A stretch of DNA of 64,000 nt, taken from the human T2T-CHM13v2.0 reference genome, Homo sapiens. Each line of letters opens with the position of its first letter. The stretch's first letter is position 1. Position numbers and translations under genes: made by a program. Positions 62,093 through 64,000 of the stretch are shown one piece after another. Below the pieces are notes generated by a model. The model was not told where the DNA came from and did not search any database. It was given only the letters and a program-made list of their open reading frames with translations. The stretch is from NCBI RefSeq assembly GCF_009914755.1, contig NC_060939.1; one strand, 5' to 3'.

Positions 62093-64000
62093 AAAGGAAA
62101 AATAAAGAACAGCAGCTCATTCCCCTCTGGGGAGAGGCTGGCTCAGGGTTACACAGTCAGGGTGGGGACAGAGGTAGGCCCACAGTACCTCCCTTGTTGG
62201 GTTGTCTGAGGACCCCTCTGGCCACCTCCCTACAGGAGATGGAGGACAACATCTGGACAGTGAGGAGGAGGAGGCGCCTCGGCCCACGCCAAACATCCCA
62301 GAGGACCTGGAGAGCCGGGAGGCCACGGTGAGCCTGACTTTCCCTGCCCCACTTTGCCACCTTCCTCTGTGGTCCCTCCCAGAGCCCCTTATGCTCTTGG
62401 TTTTCCCGCCTTCTGATTGCTCTGGCCTCTCACCCCTTCCAGGAGCCAGTGATCAGACACCATTTCACCTGTGACCAACAGGTGCACTCTCTGAGGCCCC
62501 AAGGGAAGGGGTTGTTCTCCACCTCCCTGCCTCATTTGTTCTGTGTATGCCCCTACAAGAATACTCACCTCTTGCCTTCAAGTGGCATTTTTCAACTCTG
62601 CTGGAGCCAGTTCCCAGGAGGAGCAGGCACGGCTATGTGGGCAGTGGAAGGTGCGAAGGCTGTGCCACCTGCACCTGGCTCATCTGGTGGCCTTGGCCTG
62701 GAAGGAGCCAGAGGCAGAGGCCCCAGCCCCAGGGACTGGGGGTGACTTTGTGTGTGGGGAGAGCTACCAGGCCCTCAAGGAGGCTATGGAGAAGGTGAAG
62801 GTGAGTGAGTCCTGGCAAGGGCCAAGAAAAGTAGGGGCAGGGCAGGACAGGTCACTCCCGAGATGTGACCCCATTATTTTGGCTCCAGAGCGGCTTTATG
62901 GACCTCCCGAAGGAGAAGGTGGGCAGGAAGGAGCAGGTGGAAAAACTAGAGCTTGGATTCATCCAGCTCTCTGGAGCGACAGACGGCATGAGTGAGCGGG
63001 AGGCCAGGGCACGGCAGGGGGAGCTGCAGGGCTGTCGGAGGGACCCCAGCGTCTGAGCCGTGTCCTCTCACAGGAGAGTACATCACTGAATATGAGAGCC
63101 AGGGGGCAGTGCCAAACACGCGGCACCAGGAGAAGGAAGACATCATCAGGCTGGCCCAGAAGGAGGAGGAGATGAAGGTAGGGCGTGCAACATCTCTGCA
63201 GGGGTAGGGGTGGGCGTGGGCACTGGAGCCGGCTCCGGTGTGGCGGCTGAGCACCCCTCCCTTCAGGTGAAGCTGCTGGAGCTGCAGGAGCTGGTGTTGC
63301 CCCTTGTGGGCGACCACGAGGGGCATGGCAAATTCCTCACCGCTGCCCAGAACCCTGCCGATGAGCCCGCTCCAGGGGCCCCAGCCCCCCAGGAACTTGG
63401 GGCTGCCGATGAGCAGGGTGGTGAGTAGAGCCCTCAGGCGGGGTGGGCAGGCAGGAGCAGGGGAGGCTGGCGCTGCCCTCAGACCCCCGCCTCCCTCTCT
63501 CTGAAGATTTTTATGAAGTGAGCCTGGACGATAGCGAGGAGCCTGCACCGGGAGCGGCCGGGGAGGGTTCTCCCCATGACAACCCCACTGCACAGCAGAT
63601 CGTGCAGCTGCCTCCTGTAATGCAGGACACCCAGGAGCACCCAGGCTTGCCCGGCAACCCCTGTGTGTCATTCTTTTACCAGGCAGCCGAGAACAGGGAG
63701 ATAAACATCATCATCTAAGAGCTGGTCAAGAAATTAAAAAAAAAAAAAACAAAAAGTTATGGGGTTCATCTCCTACACAATTCATTTACTCCATTTGAAT
63801 GTTAGAGCCACTCATGTTTATTTGTGTTTCTAATTTACAGTTTAAATTTATTTGTAAAAAGTTAAGGGAGAGTGGGTCTTTCCCTGATGTTCACTCTGGC
63901 ATCCTTTAGCATTTTTGTTTTTAATTTGATAATTGTAGGTCATTAGCACGCATATCGAGTTTGCCCTTATGTGGTGGGAGTTCAAACACACAAAGACCTA

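Noticed and set aside
63720-64000. AT-rich sequence after the golgin stop, possibly the ITSN2-derived UTR block of GOLGA duplicons
   Set aside because: Origin cannot be verified from memory, and the window ends here.

Overview
Primate, most likely human, genomic DNA. By recall it matches 15q24.2; I ran no database search. Left to right: an intact 4-exon ODF3L1/CIMAP1C gene (274 aa, + strand); a solo LTR13; a truncated unprocessed dynamin-1 pseudogene (- strand) in a CpG island; a full-length THE1A provirus inside a MIR; a processed PPIA pseudogene; a copied housekeeping promoter with an ATG-only first exon (COMMD4-like); MIR4313; and a full-length GOLGA6-family pseudogene containing a 7SL retrocopy. 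Alu, L1, MER and MaLR repeats are dispersed throughout. The main result lies in apparently intergenic DNA, which holds three decayed intron-containing genes that the ORF track does not resolve. (1) A zona pellucida ZP3-family gene relic with at least 7 recognisable exons (27081-28825, +). (2) A MUC1/TRCG1-like mucin-SEA-transmembrane gene relic (about 36955-39158, +). (3) A convergent three-SEA-domain transmembrane gene relic (47185 to about 40835, -), with one exon split by an AluJ. These were reconstructed by hand from splice sites, exon lengths, intron phases and protein motifs recalled from memory. They need profile and alignment confirmation, and some may already carry automatic annotations.
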